38,884 nucleotides of DNA from a virus. Lineage: Duplodnaviria; Caudoviricetes. The position numbers and the translations under genes were made by a program. Below, piece by piece: positions 8,952-17,260 of the stretch. Below the pieces are notes generated by a model, which saw only the letters and a program-made list of their open reading frames with translations, made no database searches and had not been told where the DNA came from. Numbering within the stretch: the first letter of the stretch is position 1; every line of letters begins with the position of its first letter. The stretch is from the IMG/VR virus record IMGVR_UViG_3300044728_000132, positions 1 to 38,884 of that record, one strand, 5' to 3'.

Positions 8952-9622
8952 TCATCCTCTCCCCCCACCTCGACGACGCGGTGCTGTCGTGCGGGCAACT
9001 CATGGCAGGGCGGGCGGACTGCGTGGTGGTCACCATCTTCGCCGGGTACCCGCCTGCGCCGTTCCGCCTCACGACGCCGTACGACGAGCAGTGCGGGTTC
9101 CGCCATGCTGCTGAGGCGATCCGCTCCCGGCGTGACGAGGACCAGGCCGCGACCAGCGTCCTCAACGCGCGCCCGACGCACCTCGACTTCCTCGACGGCC
9201 AGTACGGCGCGCCGTTCGACTTGTACCAGGCGTGCGCCGCGGTCGAGAAGGTGATCGCAGACGTGCGACCCGAGTACGTGCTCGCGCCGCTGGGCCTGGA
9301 GCATCCCGACCATGCCCGAGCGTGCACGGTCGCGTGCCAGGTCGTCGACCCCGCGATGCTGCACTTCTACGAGGAGCTGCCTGGTCGGGTGCTGTGGCCG
9401 GAGCGCGTGCACTACCGCTACTCGATCATTCAGGCCGAGGTGGGTCGTCGAGTGCGGAACCCGTATCTCGAGCGCGCATTTCTCGGCACGGGGGAGTGGG
9501 AGGCGAAGCGGTCCGCGATCCTGAAGTACCGGTCGCAGATGGCGCAGATCGACGCGTTGGGGGACAACTCGGGGCTGACCTGTTGCATGGTGCCCGAACG
9601 ATTCTGGAAGGTGCAGTGGTGA
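8936..9622 (+). CDS. PIG-L/LmbE-family deacetylase
   Basis: LSPHLDDAVLSCG, R..ED, HPDH, K..AI..Y.SQ motifs. Confidence 0.9.
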   Translation: MVDPVVILSPHLDDAVLSCGQLMAGRADCVVVTIFAGYPPAPFRLTTPYDEQCGFRHAAEAIRSRRDEDQAATSVLNARPTHLDFLDGQYGAPFDLYQACAAVEKVIADVRPEYVLAPLGLEHPDHARACTVACQVVDPAMLHFYEELPGRVLWPERVHYRYSIIQAEVGRRVRNPYLERAFLGTGEWEAKRSAILKYRSQMAQIDALGDNSGLTCCMVPERFWKVQW

Positions 9623-10137
9623 GGCTCAACGTGGGGTGCGGGCTCGACGTCCGCGACGGCTGGGTCAACATCGACACGAACTGGAACCGGGAGGACAGCG
9701 ACATGCTCATCGCTGACGCCCGAGACCTGACCGCCTGGCATGGGCAGTGCGAGACGGTGCTGCTCAACCATGTGCTGCACCTGTTCGACTACACCGAAGC
9801 GGAGAAGGTTCTGGACGAGTGCGTCGCGTGTCTCGCTCCTGGCGGCGAGTTGGTCATCGTCGACGCCGACATCATGGGGGCCATCTACTGGGCACATGAG
9901 TGTCCGGGCTGCGACGACCATGTTGCCGACCTGGTTGCTGATGAGGTGGAGCCCACGTTCGAGGGCAAGGTGCTGCGGTGGGCAACATGGCACGGCACTC
10001 GGCGCAGCATGTGGTCGCTGGACTCTCTCGCTGATCGGCTCGAACGACGCGGCCTGGCTGTCATGCCGAGCGCGGCCGACAAGGAGTGGGCCGGTGCCCG
10101 TGAGTGGGAGTCGTTCGTCGTGGTCGGTAGGCGGTGA
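9619..10137 (+). CDS. Class I SAM-dependent methyltransferase
   Basis: RLNVGCG....GWVNID, HVLHLF, L.PGG.L.I; GTGA overlap. Confidence 0.85.
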   Translation: MRLNVGCGLDVRDGWVNIDTNWNREDSDMLIADARDLTAWHGQCETVLLNHVLHLFDYTEAEKVLDECVACLAPGGELVIVDADIMGAIYWAHECPGCDDHVADLVADEVEPTFEGKVLRWATWHGTRRSMWSLDSLADRLERRGLAVMPSAADKEWAGAREWESFVVVGRR

Positions 10138-10382
10138 TGTTCGGTCGAAGCAAGACCAGGCCGAGCCGCGGATGCGGCGCATGGTGGGCGAGCGCAGAGA
10201 ACGCGCCGCATCGTCGCTGCCGGTGCAAACTCGACGACGGGCACGATCACCCAGGCGACGACGAGCACCCGCACGGCACGTACCACGAGTGTGAGTGCGG
10301 CGAGGTGTGCACGCCTCGCGCGTTGCAGGAGAAGTGGGTTGACGGCCTCGCTGGCGGTAAGCACTGGTGGACGCCCGTATGA
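10134..10382 (+). CDS. Small Cys/His-rich putative metal-binding protein
   Basis: CG...HRRCRC...H...H.HECECG; overlaps both neighbours by 4 nt. Confidence 0.55.
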   Translation: MMFGRSKTRPSRGCGAWWASAENAPHRRCRCKLDDGHDHPGDDEHPHGTYHECECGEVCTPRALQEKWVDGLAGGKHWWTPV

Positions 10383-11395
10383 AGATCGGGCTGATCGCCC
10401 GCGCAGAGAACCGCGGGCTGGGCATCCTCACGTGGGAGATCGCACGGCACCTGGTCCCCGACCGTGTGCTGCTGATCGACATGGGTCCGCTGGCCCGCGG
10501 GTTCCCGATGCACCACGACCGTTACGACCTGTCACGCACGACCCTGGCTTTGTGGCGCGACGGCCGCGTCGCGGACCTAGCGGTGCGCGAGTGGATCGAC
10601 GGGCTCGACGTGATCTACACGGCCGAGACGTTCTACGACCCGCGCATCGTGGGGTGGGCGAACCTCGCCGGGGTGAAGACGGTCCTGCACGCGATGCCCG
10701 AGTTCCTCGGCCCTGACATCCCGAGGCCGACTGAGGTGTGGCTGCCGACACCGTGGCGCGCTGAGCACGCGGGCCCGCATCGGCTGATCCCGATCCCGAT
10801 CCCGCTCGACCGTTGGCGGTGGCCGAAGCTGAACCGGGATGGCCCGCTGCGTGTGCTTCACGTCGCGGGTCATCAGGCCGCGGCTGACCGCAACGGGACG
10901 GTGCCCTTCCTGCGTGCGTGCTCGATCCTGCACGAGGCCGTCGAGGTGACCGTCGTGGACCAGGACTGCCGCCCCTGGCAGAACGCGAAGGTGGGGCCGT
11001 ACTCGACGCTGAAGATCGAGCAGGCCCACGCTGACTACTGGACGATGTACGAAGACCAGGACGTGCTCGTCATGCCGCGCCGCTACGGCGGACTGTGCCT
11101 GCCCGTGCAAGAGGCGATCGGCGCGGGCCTCGTGCCAGTGCTGCCGCGCATCCCACCGAACGACTGGTATCCCGCGCTCCTCACGAAGACGTCGCTCAAC
11201 GGGCGACTGTTCACGCAGGCCGGACCGCTGCGCATCGGCACACCCGTCCCGTCGAGCATCGCCGCGGCGATCGACATGCTTGCGCGCGACCGCACGCAAC
11301 TCGCCGTGCACCGTGGCCGGGTGGCGGGCTGGGCCGAGGATCACTCGTGGGACGCGCTGCTCCCGACATGGCGCGCCGCGTTGGAGTCGGTGTGA
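10379..11395 (+). CDS. Glycosyltransferase (GT-B, GT4-like; actinophage type)
   Basis: MKIGLIARAENRGLG start; DRNGT; DVLVMPRRYGGLCLPVQEA.G.G; W....SW..L...W. Confidence 0.85.
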   Translation: MKIGLIARAENRGLGILTWEIARHLVPDRVLLIDMGPLARGFPMHHDRYDLSRTTLALWRDGRVADLAVREWIDGLDVIYTAETFYDPRIVGWANLAGVKTVLHAMPEFLGPDIPRPTEVWLPTPWRAEHAGPHRLIPIPIPLDRWRWPKLNRDGPLRVLHVAGHQAAADRNGTVPFLRACSILHEAVEVTVVDQDCRPWQNAKVGPYSTLKIEQAHADYWTMYEDQDVLVMPRRYGGLCLPVQEAIGAGLVPVLPRIPPNDWYPALLTKTSLNGRLFTQAGPLRIGTPVPSSIAAAIDMLARDRTQLAVHRGRVAGWAEDHSWDALLPTWRAALESV

Positions 11396-12357
11396 TCGAA
11401 CGGGTCGACGCGTACGCGTCGCACGCGCACTACGCCGAGCACATCCGTCCGGTGTGGGATGCGCTCCCCGCCGAGCGGCGCGGGACGTTCTTCGCTCCTC
11501 GCGGTACGACGTGGGGTGAGCGTGTCGGGCAGGCCAAGCCGCGGGCGCTCATCATCGCTGGCGCCGTCGACGCGTACCGCTGGCCGAGGGTGCCCCTCGT
11601 GATGGTCGAGCACGGCGCGGGGCAGACCTACCACGGCGACCCTCGCCTCGCGGACTCGCCGTCGTACTCGGGCGGCAAGGACCTCGATCAGGTCGGGTTG
11701 TTCCTCTGCCCGAACCGTGTGGTCGGTGAGAACTGGCTGGCCCGCTACCCGTCGGCGCGGGTCGCGGTTGTCGGCTGCCCGAAGTTGGACGCCGTACGCG
11801 CGATCGCGCGCACCGGCCGAGGACGTGTGGCGATGACGTTCCACTGGTCGTGCCCCACGATCCCCGAGACGATGCCCGCCCTGCCCCACTACCTCCCTGT
11901 CCTACGCCCCCTAGCGCAGGCCCTGGGCGCCGCTGGGGGCTCCCTGGTCGGGCATGCCCATCCCCGTGGGGTTCGGAGAGCCGCAGGCACCTGGGCCGCT
12001 GTAGGGGTGCCGTTCGAGCCTGACGGGCTGACGGTGCTGCGGCAGGCTGACGTGCTGGTCGCGGACAACACGTCGCTCATGTACGAAGCCGCCGCCCTCG
12101 GCATCCCCGTCGTCGCGCTCAACGCGCCGTGGTACCGACGCGACGTCGAGCACGGGCTGCGGTTCTGGTCGCACGTGCCCGGTCGACAGGTCGACGAGCC
12201 CGACGATCTGATCGACGCGGTGCTCGAAGCGGTCGAGGACCCTACGGCACACTGCGCACTACGCTCCGCGGCTGTGACCCGCGCGTACGAGTACCACGAC
12301 GACCGCGCTGCCGGTCGCGCCGCCCGCCAGATTCTCGACTGGCTCGACGATGCCTGA
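11392..12357 (+). CDS. GT-B fold transferase (CDP-glycerol glycerophosphotransferase/capsule biosynthesis-like)
   Basis: EHGAG, VGCPKLD, HAHP, ADVLVADNTSLMYEAAALGIPVV, D..AA.R.. Confidence 0.75.
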   Translation: MIERVDAYASHAHYAEHIRPVWDALPAERRGTFFAPRGTTWGERVGQAKPRALIIAGAVDAYRWPRVPLVMVEHGAGQTYHGDPRLADSPSYSGGKDLDQVGLFLCPNRVVGENWLARYPSARVAVVGCPKLDAVRAIARTGRGRVAMTFHWSCPTIPETMPALPHYLPVLRPLAQALGAAGGSLVGHAHPRGVRRAAGTWAAVGVPFEPDGLTVLRQADVLVADNTSLMYEAAALGIPVVALNAPWYRRDVEHGLRFWSHVPGRQVDEPDDLIDAVLEAVEDPTAHCALRSAAVTRAYEYHDDRAAGRAARQILDWLDDA

Positions 12358-12577
12358 CCCGTTCCGAGGGCAGGGCGCTGTGCGAGTCGCCAACGAGACG
12401 AGCGACATCTGGCTGACGTCGTTCGTGATGACGAACCGCGTCGAGGCGGTGTGCGCGTGGGTCGGCACGAACAGGCTGCGCGCCCAACGCGTCGCCGCAC
12501 TCGAGGAGCAGAGGCCCAAGCCGCGCGCTGCGCTGCTCACGAAGATGCGAGAGGTTGTCGATGGCACTTCCTCCTAG
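12350..12577 (+). CDS. Small hypothetical virion-region protein
   Basis: WVG...RA.....E....PR..L helical motif seen in small phage structural-region proteins; tightly packed between neighbours. Confidence 0.55.
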   Translation: MPDPFRGQGAVRVANETSDIWLTSFVMTNRVEAVCAWVGTNRLRAQRVAALEEQRPKPRAALLTKMREVVDGTSS

Positions 12578-13073
12578 CCGCCCGTTCGAGTTGGCCGAGC
12601 AGTTCCTCGACGTGATCGTCGCAGCGTACGACGCCGAGGGTGTCGACCTGCCCGACCGCCAGTATGTGTCGGTCGGCCCCGCCGTCGACGACTGCCCGAT
12701 CCTCGCGATCTGGCTTGAGTCCACGGCACCGTCGTCGCTCGACCCGACGATCGACGTCCTCGACCCGAACCCCACGTCGGCCCCGTTCGCTGGGCAGTCG
12801 GGCACCTACGTGATCCGCCTGATGCGATGCCAGGACGCGCAGGTGAGGGTGCGCAACAAGCGGTTCGTCGTGCCGACCGTGGGGCAGGAGCAGTCCGACG
12901 CCGAGGTGGTGACCGGCGACATGATCCGCGTGCACAACGCGCTCGCGCTCGCCGTGATGGGCGGGCTGGTCTCCTGCAACTCGTTCGTGTTCCTCAGCGC
13001 GGCCATCGTCGGCCCCAGCGGCAAGCACGTCGGCCACGACACGCGCATCAAGGTCGGCCTCGTCAGTGGCTAG
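12561..13073 (+). CDS. Tail terminator/neck protein
   Basis: LPDRQYV..G..VDDC..L, IRLMRC, GPSG pattern; position before the gp10-like gene; GAGAGG RBS. Confidence 0.6.
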   Translation: MALPPSRPFELAEQFLDVIVAAYDAEGVDLPDRQYVSVGPAVDDCPILAIWLESTAPSSLDPTIDVLDPNPTSAPFAGQSGTYVIRLMRCQDAQVRVRNKRFVVPTVGQEQSDAEVVTGDMIRVHNALALAVMGGLVSCNSFVFLSAAIVGPSGKHVGHDTRIKVGLVSG

Positions 13074-13545
13074 CACGTCATCGGCTGGCACGTTCGGTGT
13101 GCGCGTCGTCCTCGACCCTCGCAAGATGGCCGAACTCTTGCGCGGCCCGAACGGTCCCGTCACGCGTCGACTGATCGAAGACGCGGAGCTCGTCAAGGTG
13201 CGAGCGAAGGAAGAGTGCCCCGTGTACGCGCCGCCCGACGCGTACACGGCAGCGAACCGCAAGCGTCGGCCTGGCACGCTGCGCGACTCGATCGTGAAGC
13301 GCATCGTGCAGTCGGGCACGGGCGTGACCGCGCTCGTGGGGTCCGACGATCCCGTCTCGCTGTGGGTGCATGAGGGCACGGTCCCTCACACGATCACCGC
13401 GCGGAACAAGCCGATGCTCGTGTTCTACTGGCCGAACGGCCCCGACGGTGCTCGGGTGTATCGCATGAGGTCGGTGTCGCATCCCGGCTCTCCGCCCAAC
13501 CGCTTCCTGATCCGCGCGCTCGCCGTGCTGAGAGGTCGGTACTGA
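13066..13545 (+). CDS. HK97 gp10-like tail completion/neck protein
   Basis: PV...GTLRDSI, VHEGT.PH.I, V.HPG...NRFL.RAL. Confidence 0.8.
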   Translation: MASTSSAGTFGVRVVLDPRKMAELLRGPNGPVTRRLIEDAELVKVRAKEECPVYAPPDAYTAANRKRRPGTLRDSIVKRIVQSGTGVTALVGSDDPVSLWVHEGTVPHTITARNKPMLVFYWPNGPDGARVYRMRSVSHPGSPPNRFLIRALAVLRGRY

Positions 13546-13934
13546 TGCCCCGCAAAGTGTTCGTGCAGCCCCTGGTGCAGAACGACGACCCGCTCGTGTT
13601 CGTCATCGAGGGCAAGCAACGCGTCGTCGACGAGAACGGCGAGGCGAAGGAACTCGACTGGATCGAGGAGTTCACCGCGATCCCCGCCGTGCCCGCGGGC
13701 ATCGCCGCTGACTTCGTGGCGACCTTCTTCACCGACACTGCCGGGAATCAGATCTGGCCTGCGGACGCGTTGATGGCCTACCTCGAAGCTGTCGTGATCC
13801 CCGAGGACCTGGACCGGTTCCGTACGTTCTCGCACGACAAGACGAAGAGCGTGAGCGCGTCACTCCTCGGTGACGTCGTGCAGTGGCTGGCGCCGTTGCA
13901 GTCAGGCCACCCTTCGATGCCGCTCTCCACCTAG
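13545..13934 (+). CDS. Tail assembly chaperone (G-like)
   Basis: Lies two ORFs before the tape measure; ends L.DVVQWL....SGHPS, like actinophage chaperones. Confidence 0.7.
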   Translation: MPRKVFVQPLVQNDDPLVFVIEGKQRVVDENGEAKELDWIEEFTAIPAVPAGIAADFVATFFTDTAGNQIWPADALMAYLEAVVIPEDLDRFRTFSHDKTKSVSASLLGDVVQWLAPLQSGHPSMPLST

Positions 13935-14248
13935 CAACGTGGGCCCTGGCCCACACCCACTACGTGGAAGGGCGGCTGCTCCTCGCTGGGTACCGCCTCG
14001 ACGATCTGACGTTGCGCGAACTCCTCAACGTCACGCTCGCGTTGCGCGTCGACGGGCACCCGCTCGCCTCCCTCGACGAGCGGCTGAAGGCGTACGCGGA
14101 CCACTTCGCGAAGTCGGTCATCTCGGCACGTACGCGGTGGGGCATCACCGAGGACGAGTGGGCTGCAAGAATGGCGACGCTCCCGCCCGCCGCACCACGA
14201 GACCCCAACCTGAAGCGCCCGCAACGGAAGCAGACTGAGCAGGCCTGA
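13910..14248 (+). CDS. Tail assembly chaperone extension (T-like), probably made by -1 frameshift
   Basis: The -1 frame ORF overlaps the chaperone 3' end, has no good RBS or start, and ends at the tape measure start; CAC-CCT-TCG at 13908-13916. Confidence 0.55.
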   Translation, partial: PFDAALHLATWALAHTHYVEGRLLLAGYRLDDLTLRELLNVTLALRVDGHPLASLDERLKAYADHFAKSVISARTRWGITEDEWAARMATLPPAAPRDPNLKRPQRKQTEQA

Positions 14249-16221
14249 TGGCAGCGACGAACATCATCGGTGACGCGTTCATCGAGATCAAGCCGGACAC
14301 CAAGAACTTCGCGGCGGCGGCTGATCGGGACGTGACGAGCCAGGCGACGTCCCTCGCGAAGAAGGCCGCTGGCGCGTTCGCCGTCACGTTCGCCGCGCAA
14401 AAAATCTTCTCGTTCGGGAAGGACGCGGTGCGCGAGGCCGAGGAGGCCCGCAAGATCGCGGCGCAGACCGCTGCCGTCATCAAGTCCACGGGTGGTGTGG
14501 CGAAGGTCAGCGCGAAGGATGTCGACGCGCTGAGCAACGCCATCTCGAAGAAGACCGGCGTCGATGACGAGTCGATCGCCACGTTGGAGAACCTGCTCCT
14601 CACCTTCACGAACGTCCGCAACGAGGTGGGTGAGACCAACGACATCTTCAGCCAGGCGACGAAGATCGCGGTCGACATGGGCGCGGCGTTCGGGAAGGAC
14701 GCGGCCTCGCAAGCGATCCTGCTCGGCAAGGCACTGAACGACCCGACGAAGGGGCTCACCGCGCTGACGCGTGTCGGTGTCACGTTCACCGCCCAGCAGA
14801 AGGAGAACATCAAGGCGTTCCAGGCGAGCGGCGATCTGCTCGGCGCGCAGAAGATCATCCTCGCGGAACTCGCCACCGAGTTCGGTGGGAGCGCCGAGGC
14901 GCAGGCAACAGCGAGCGACAAACTCGGCGTCGTCATCGGCAACCTGAAGGAAGACCTTGGCGCGAAGCTGCTTCCGATCATCGACGCGGTCGCGACTGGC
15001 CTGTCGGTCGCGTTGCCGAAGGCACTCGACCTCGCTGAGTCAGCGGTCGGCGCGGCAGCCGATCTGTTCTCGCCGCTGATCGAGGGCGCGGAAAACGTGT
15101 TCCGCTTCATCTTCGATCCGAACGAGGGCGCGCTCGGCAAGAGCAACTTCCAACGCGGCCTCGAAGAGATCAACACCGCGTTCAACGACTTCCTCCTCGG
15201 GGCAGGCACGAACAACAGCGCGACCGCGCAGCAAGTCGCGAAGGCGTTCGGCATCGCGCCGCCGAAGTTGGGCACACCGGCAACGGGTGAGAGCGGGCTG
15301 CTCGGCATCACCCTGCAGCAGACCCAGCAGGACGCGGCGGTCATCGCGGCTGCCGACAAGAACGCGTCGAACCTCGACAAGTTGGGAGCGAAGGTCGAGC
15401 AGACCATCGCGGACGTGTTCGGCGTCGACATCACTGCGCACGCGTCGACGTTCAGCGAGGACCTGAAGACCGGCCTCGACATCATCAAACACGACTTCGA
15501 GATCGGCTCGATCGAGGTGTCGAACTTCATCAAGGACCACGGCGGTCGAGCGATCGGTGACGCGCTCGGCGCGGTCGGCCGGTTCCTCGGTGACAGTCCT
15601 TCGGACCTGGGCGGGAACATCGTCGACGGCATGTCGAAGATCGGGTTCCTTGCGATCGACGGGCTCGCCGCTGGCGCGCAGGCTGCTGTCGGTGGCGTGG
15701 TCACGAAGACGGTCGGCATCGTGGTGGGCGCGATCAACCTGATCGGTTCGGGGGTCGACGCCGTGCTCGGCATCCCGAAGTTCGCCATCAACCTCGGCGT
15801 GTCGATCGTGGACGGCATGGTCGAGGGGATCGGCGCGGCGGGCGGCGCGATCGCGAAGGAGATCCTGTCGTTCATCCCGAAACCGCAAGACCTACCGGGC
15901 CTCATCGTCAGAGGCGTCAAGGGGTTCGCCAATGCCGTTAACCCGTTCAACGCTGCGGGCGGCACGGTGCTGTCGGGCGGCATCGGCATCGTCGGTGAGC
16001 GCGGTCCCGAGGTCGTGCGTCTGCCTGCCGGTGCGACGATCACGCCGAACGACCGCATCGCTGACGTGTCGCGTGGCGGCGTGACTGCTGGCGTGGTGGC
16101 GGGCTCAACGTTCCACGTGGAACAACTCGTCGTGCCCGCACCGCCTGGCTCGACGCCACTCGAGGTCGCCGCTGCGATCAGCGAGCACTTCGCCTGGCGG
16201 TTCGGGATGGAGGCGGCGTGA
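14248..16221 (+). CDS. Tape measure protein
   Basis: 657 aa, Ala/Gly-rich and helical; IGDAFIEIKPD start, LGKALNDPTKGLTALTRVGVTFT, C-terminal VGERGPE. Confidence 0.92.
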   Translation: MAATNIIGDAFIEIKPDTKNFAAAADRDVTSQATSLAKKAAGAFAVTFAAQKIFSFGKDAVREAEEARKIAAQTAAVIKSTGGVAKVSAKDVDALSNAISKKTGVDDESIATLENLLLTFTNVRNEVGETNDIFSQATKIAVDMGAAFGKDAASQAILLGKALNDPTKGLTALTRVGVTFTAQQKENIKAFQASGDLLGAQKIILAELATEFGGSAEAQATASDKLGVVIGNLKEDLGAKLLPIIDAVATGLSVALPKALDLAESAVGAAADLFSPLIEGAENVFRFIFDPNEGALGKSNFQRGLEEINTAFNDFLLGAGTNNSATAQQVAKAFGIAPPKLGTPATGESGLLGITLQQTQQDAAVIAAADKNASNLDKLGAKVEQTIADVFGVDITAHASTFSEDLKTGLDIIKHDFEIGSIEVSNFIKDHGGRAIGDALGAVGRFLGDSPSDLGGNIVDGMSKIGFLAIDGLAAGAQAAVGGVVTKTVGIVVGAINLIGSGVDAVLGIPKFAINLGVSIVDGMVEGIGAAGGAIAKEILSFIPKPQDLPGLIVRGVKGFANAVNPFNAAGGTVLSGGIGIVGERGPEVVRLPAGATITPNDRIADVSRGGVTAGVVAGSTFHVEQLVVPAPPGSTPLEVAAAISEHFAWRFGMEAA

Positions 16222-16643
16222 CGGCCTGTCGCACCATCCTGATTCGAGGTCTGCTCCTCGGTGACGAGACGCCGTACCGGCTCGGGCCCGTGTCGGGGCT
16301 GGGCATCCCTGACGTGAAGGCGAACGACGTGGTGCGTGGCCACGCTGACGGTGACGTAGGGCAGAACGACCATTACCAGCCTCGCCAACTGTTCGTGCCG
16401 ATCACGATCGGCCCGCCGACGACCCAGACGATCGAGGAAGCGTGGGACAGGTGGGACGCGTTCGAGGTCGCGTGGGCGCTGTCACCGATCGATATCCCGA
16501 TCGTGGTCACCCTGCCAGGGCGGGTGTGGACGTTCGTGGGGCGCCCTCGGGGGGCGATCGTGGACGACTCCCGCCCAGCCCAGGGCGACGCGCTCCTCCG
16601 TATCCAGGCGGCGTTCCGGGCCCTCGACCCCACGCGCTACTAG
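16218..16643 (+). CDS. Distal tail (Dit)-like minor tail protein
   Basis: Directly after the tape measure; GLG.PDV..ND..R...DG, GRPR, F.A.DP..Y. Confidence 0.7.
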   Translation: MTACRTILIRGLLLGDETPYRLGPVSGLGIPDVKANDVVRGHADGDVGQNDHYQPRQLFVPITIGPPTTQTIEEAWDRWDAFEVAWALSPIDIPIVVTLPGRVWTFVGRPRGAIVDDSRPAQGDALLRIQAAFRALDPTRY

Positions 16644-16652
16644 CCTGCCGAC

Positions 16653-16841
16653 GTGCGTGAACCTCTGTTCGACGAGGACGGCAAGGTGAAGAACCGCGAG
16701 GACTTGCTGTCCATCACGACGGCGGTCGGCAAGGTGCGCGTGACGAAGCTGAGCGATGTCGCTGAGCGGCGCGTGTACGACAACGGCAAGAGCGAGGTGC
16801 ACGTGACCCTTCCGCCCGTCGACATCAACTCGCCGTCGTGA
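16653..16841 (+). CDS. Hypothetical protein, 62 aa
   Basis: Phage-like codon usage; fills the gap and overlaps the next gene (GTGA). Confidence 0.55.
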   Translation: MREPLFDEDGKVKNREDLLSITTAVGKVRVTKLSDVAERRVYDNGKSEVHVTLPPVDINSPS

Positions 16842-17260
16842 GCAGCAACCCGGCGCTGACAACCTGGGCCGACATCATCGACGCGACGCAACTCGCGATC
16901 GCGCCGTTGGCTGACACGATCAAGGTCGCGTGGTTCGACGCGACTCCCGTGCCGAACAAGAGCACCGACACCGCGTACGCGGTCGCGCCGTGGAACGCAG
17001 GCGAACTTGCGGGCGGCTCCTACTCGGCGGGCGGTGTGGCGCTCTCCTCGAAGACGATCACGATCGTCGACAACCGCATCGTGTTCGCTGGCCTCATGGC
17101 GACGATCACGGGCCTGACCGACACCGTGCGGTACGCGCTGGTCTACGACGACACGGTGAGCGATCGCATCCTCGTGTGGAACGACCTCGGCTCGCTGCTC
17201 ACACTGTCGGGTGAAGACCTCGTGGTGACCGCGCCCGACGGCTGGTTCCGCATCACGTAG
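16838..17260 (+). CDS. Minor tail/structural protein
   Basis: DTIKVA...EL.GG.YSAGGVAL..KT...RYALVYDDT pattern of small phage tail proteins. Confidence 0.7.
   Translation: MSSNPALTTWADIIDATQLAIAPLADTIKVAWFDATPVPNKSTDTAYAVAPWNAGELAGGSYSAGGVALSSKTITIVDNRIVFAGLMATITGLTDTVRYALVYDDTVSDRILVWNDLGSLLTLSGEDLVVTAPDGWFRIT

Noticed and set aside
12350-14248. No major tail protein gene between terminator and chaperone
   Set aside because: Phages with this adaptor type can carry the tail tube gene next to the capsid genes, which lie outside the window.
14145-16388. Long minus-strand ORFs (747 aa here; also 24757-26097, 28421-29566, 30333-31529)
   Set aside because: They are antisense shadows of clear + strand genes, expected in high-GC DNA, and show no recognisable motifs.
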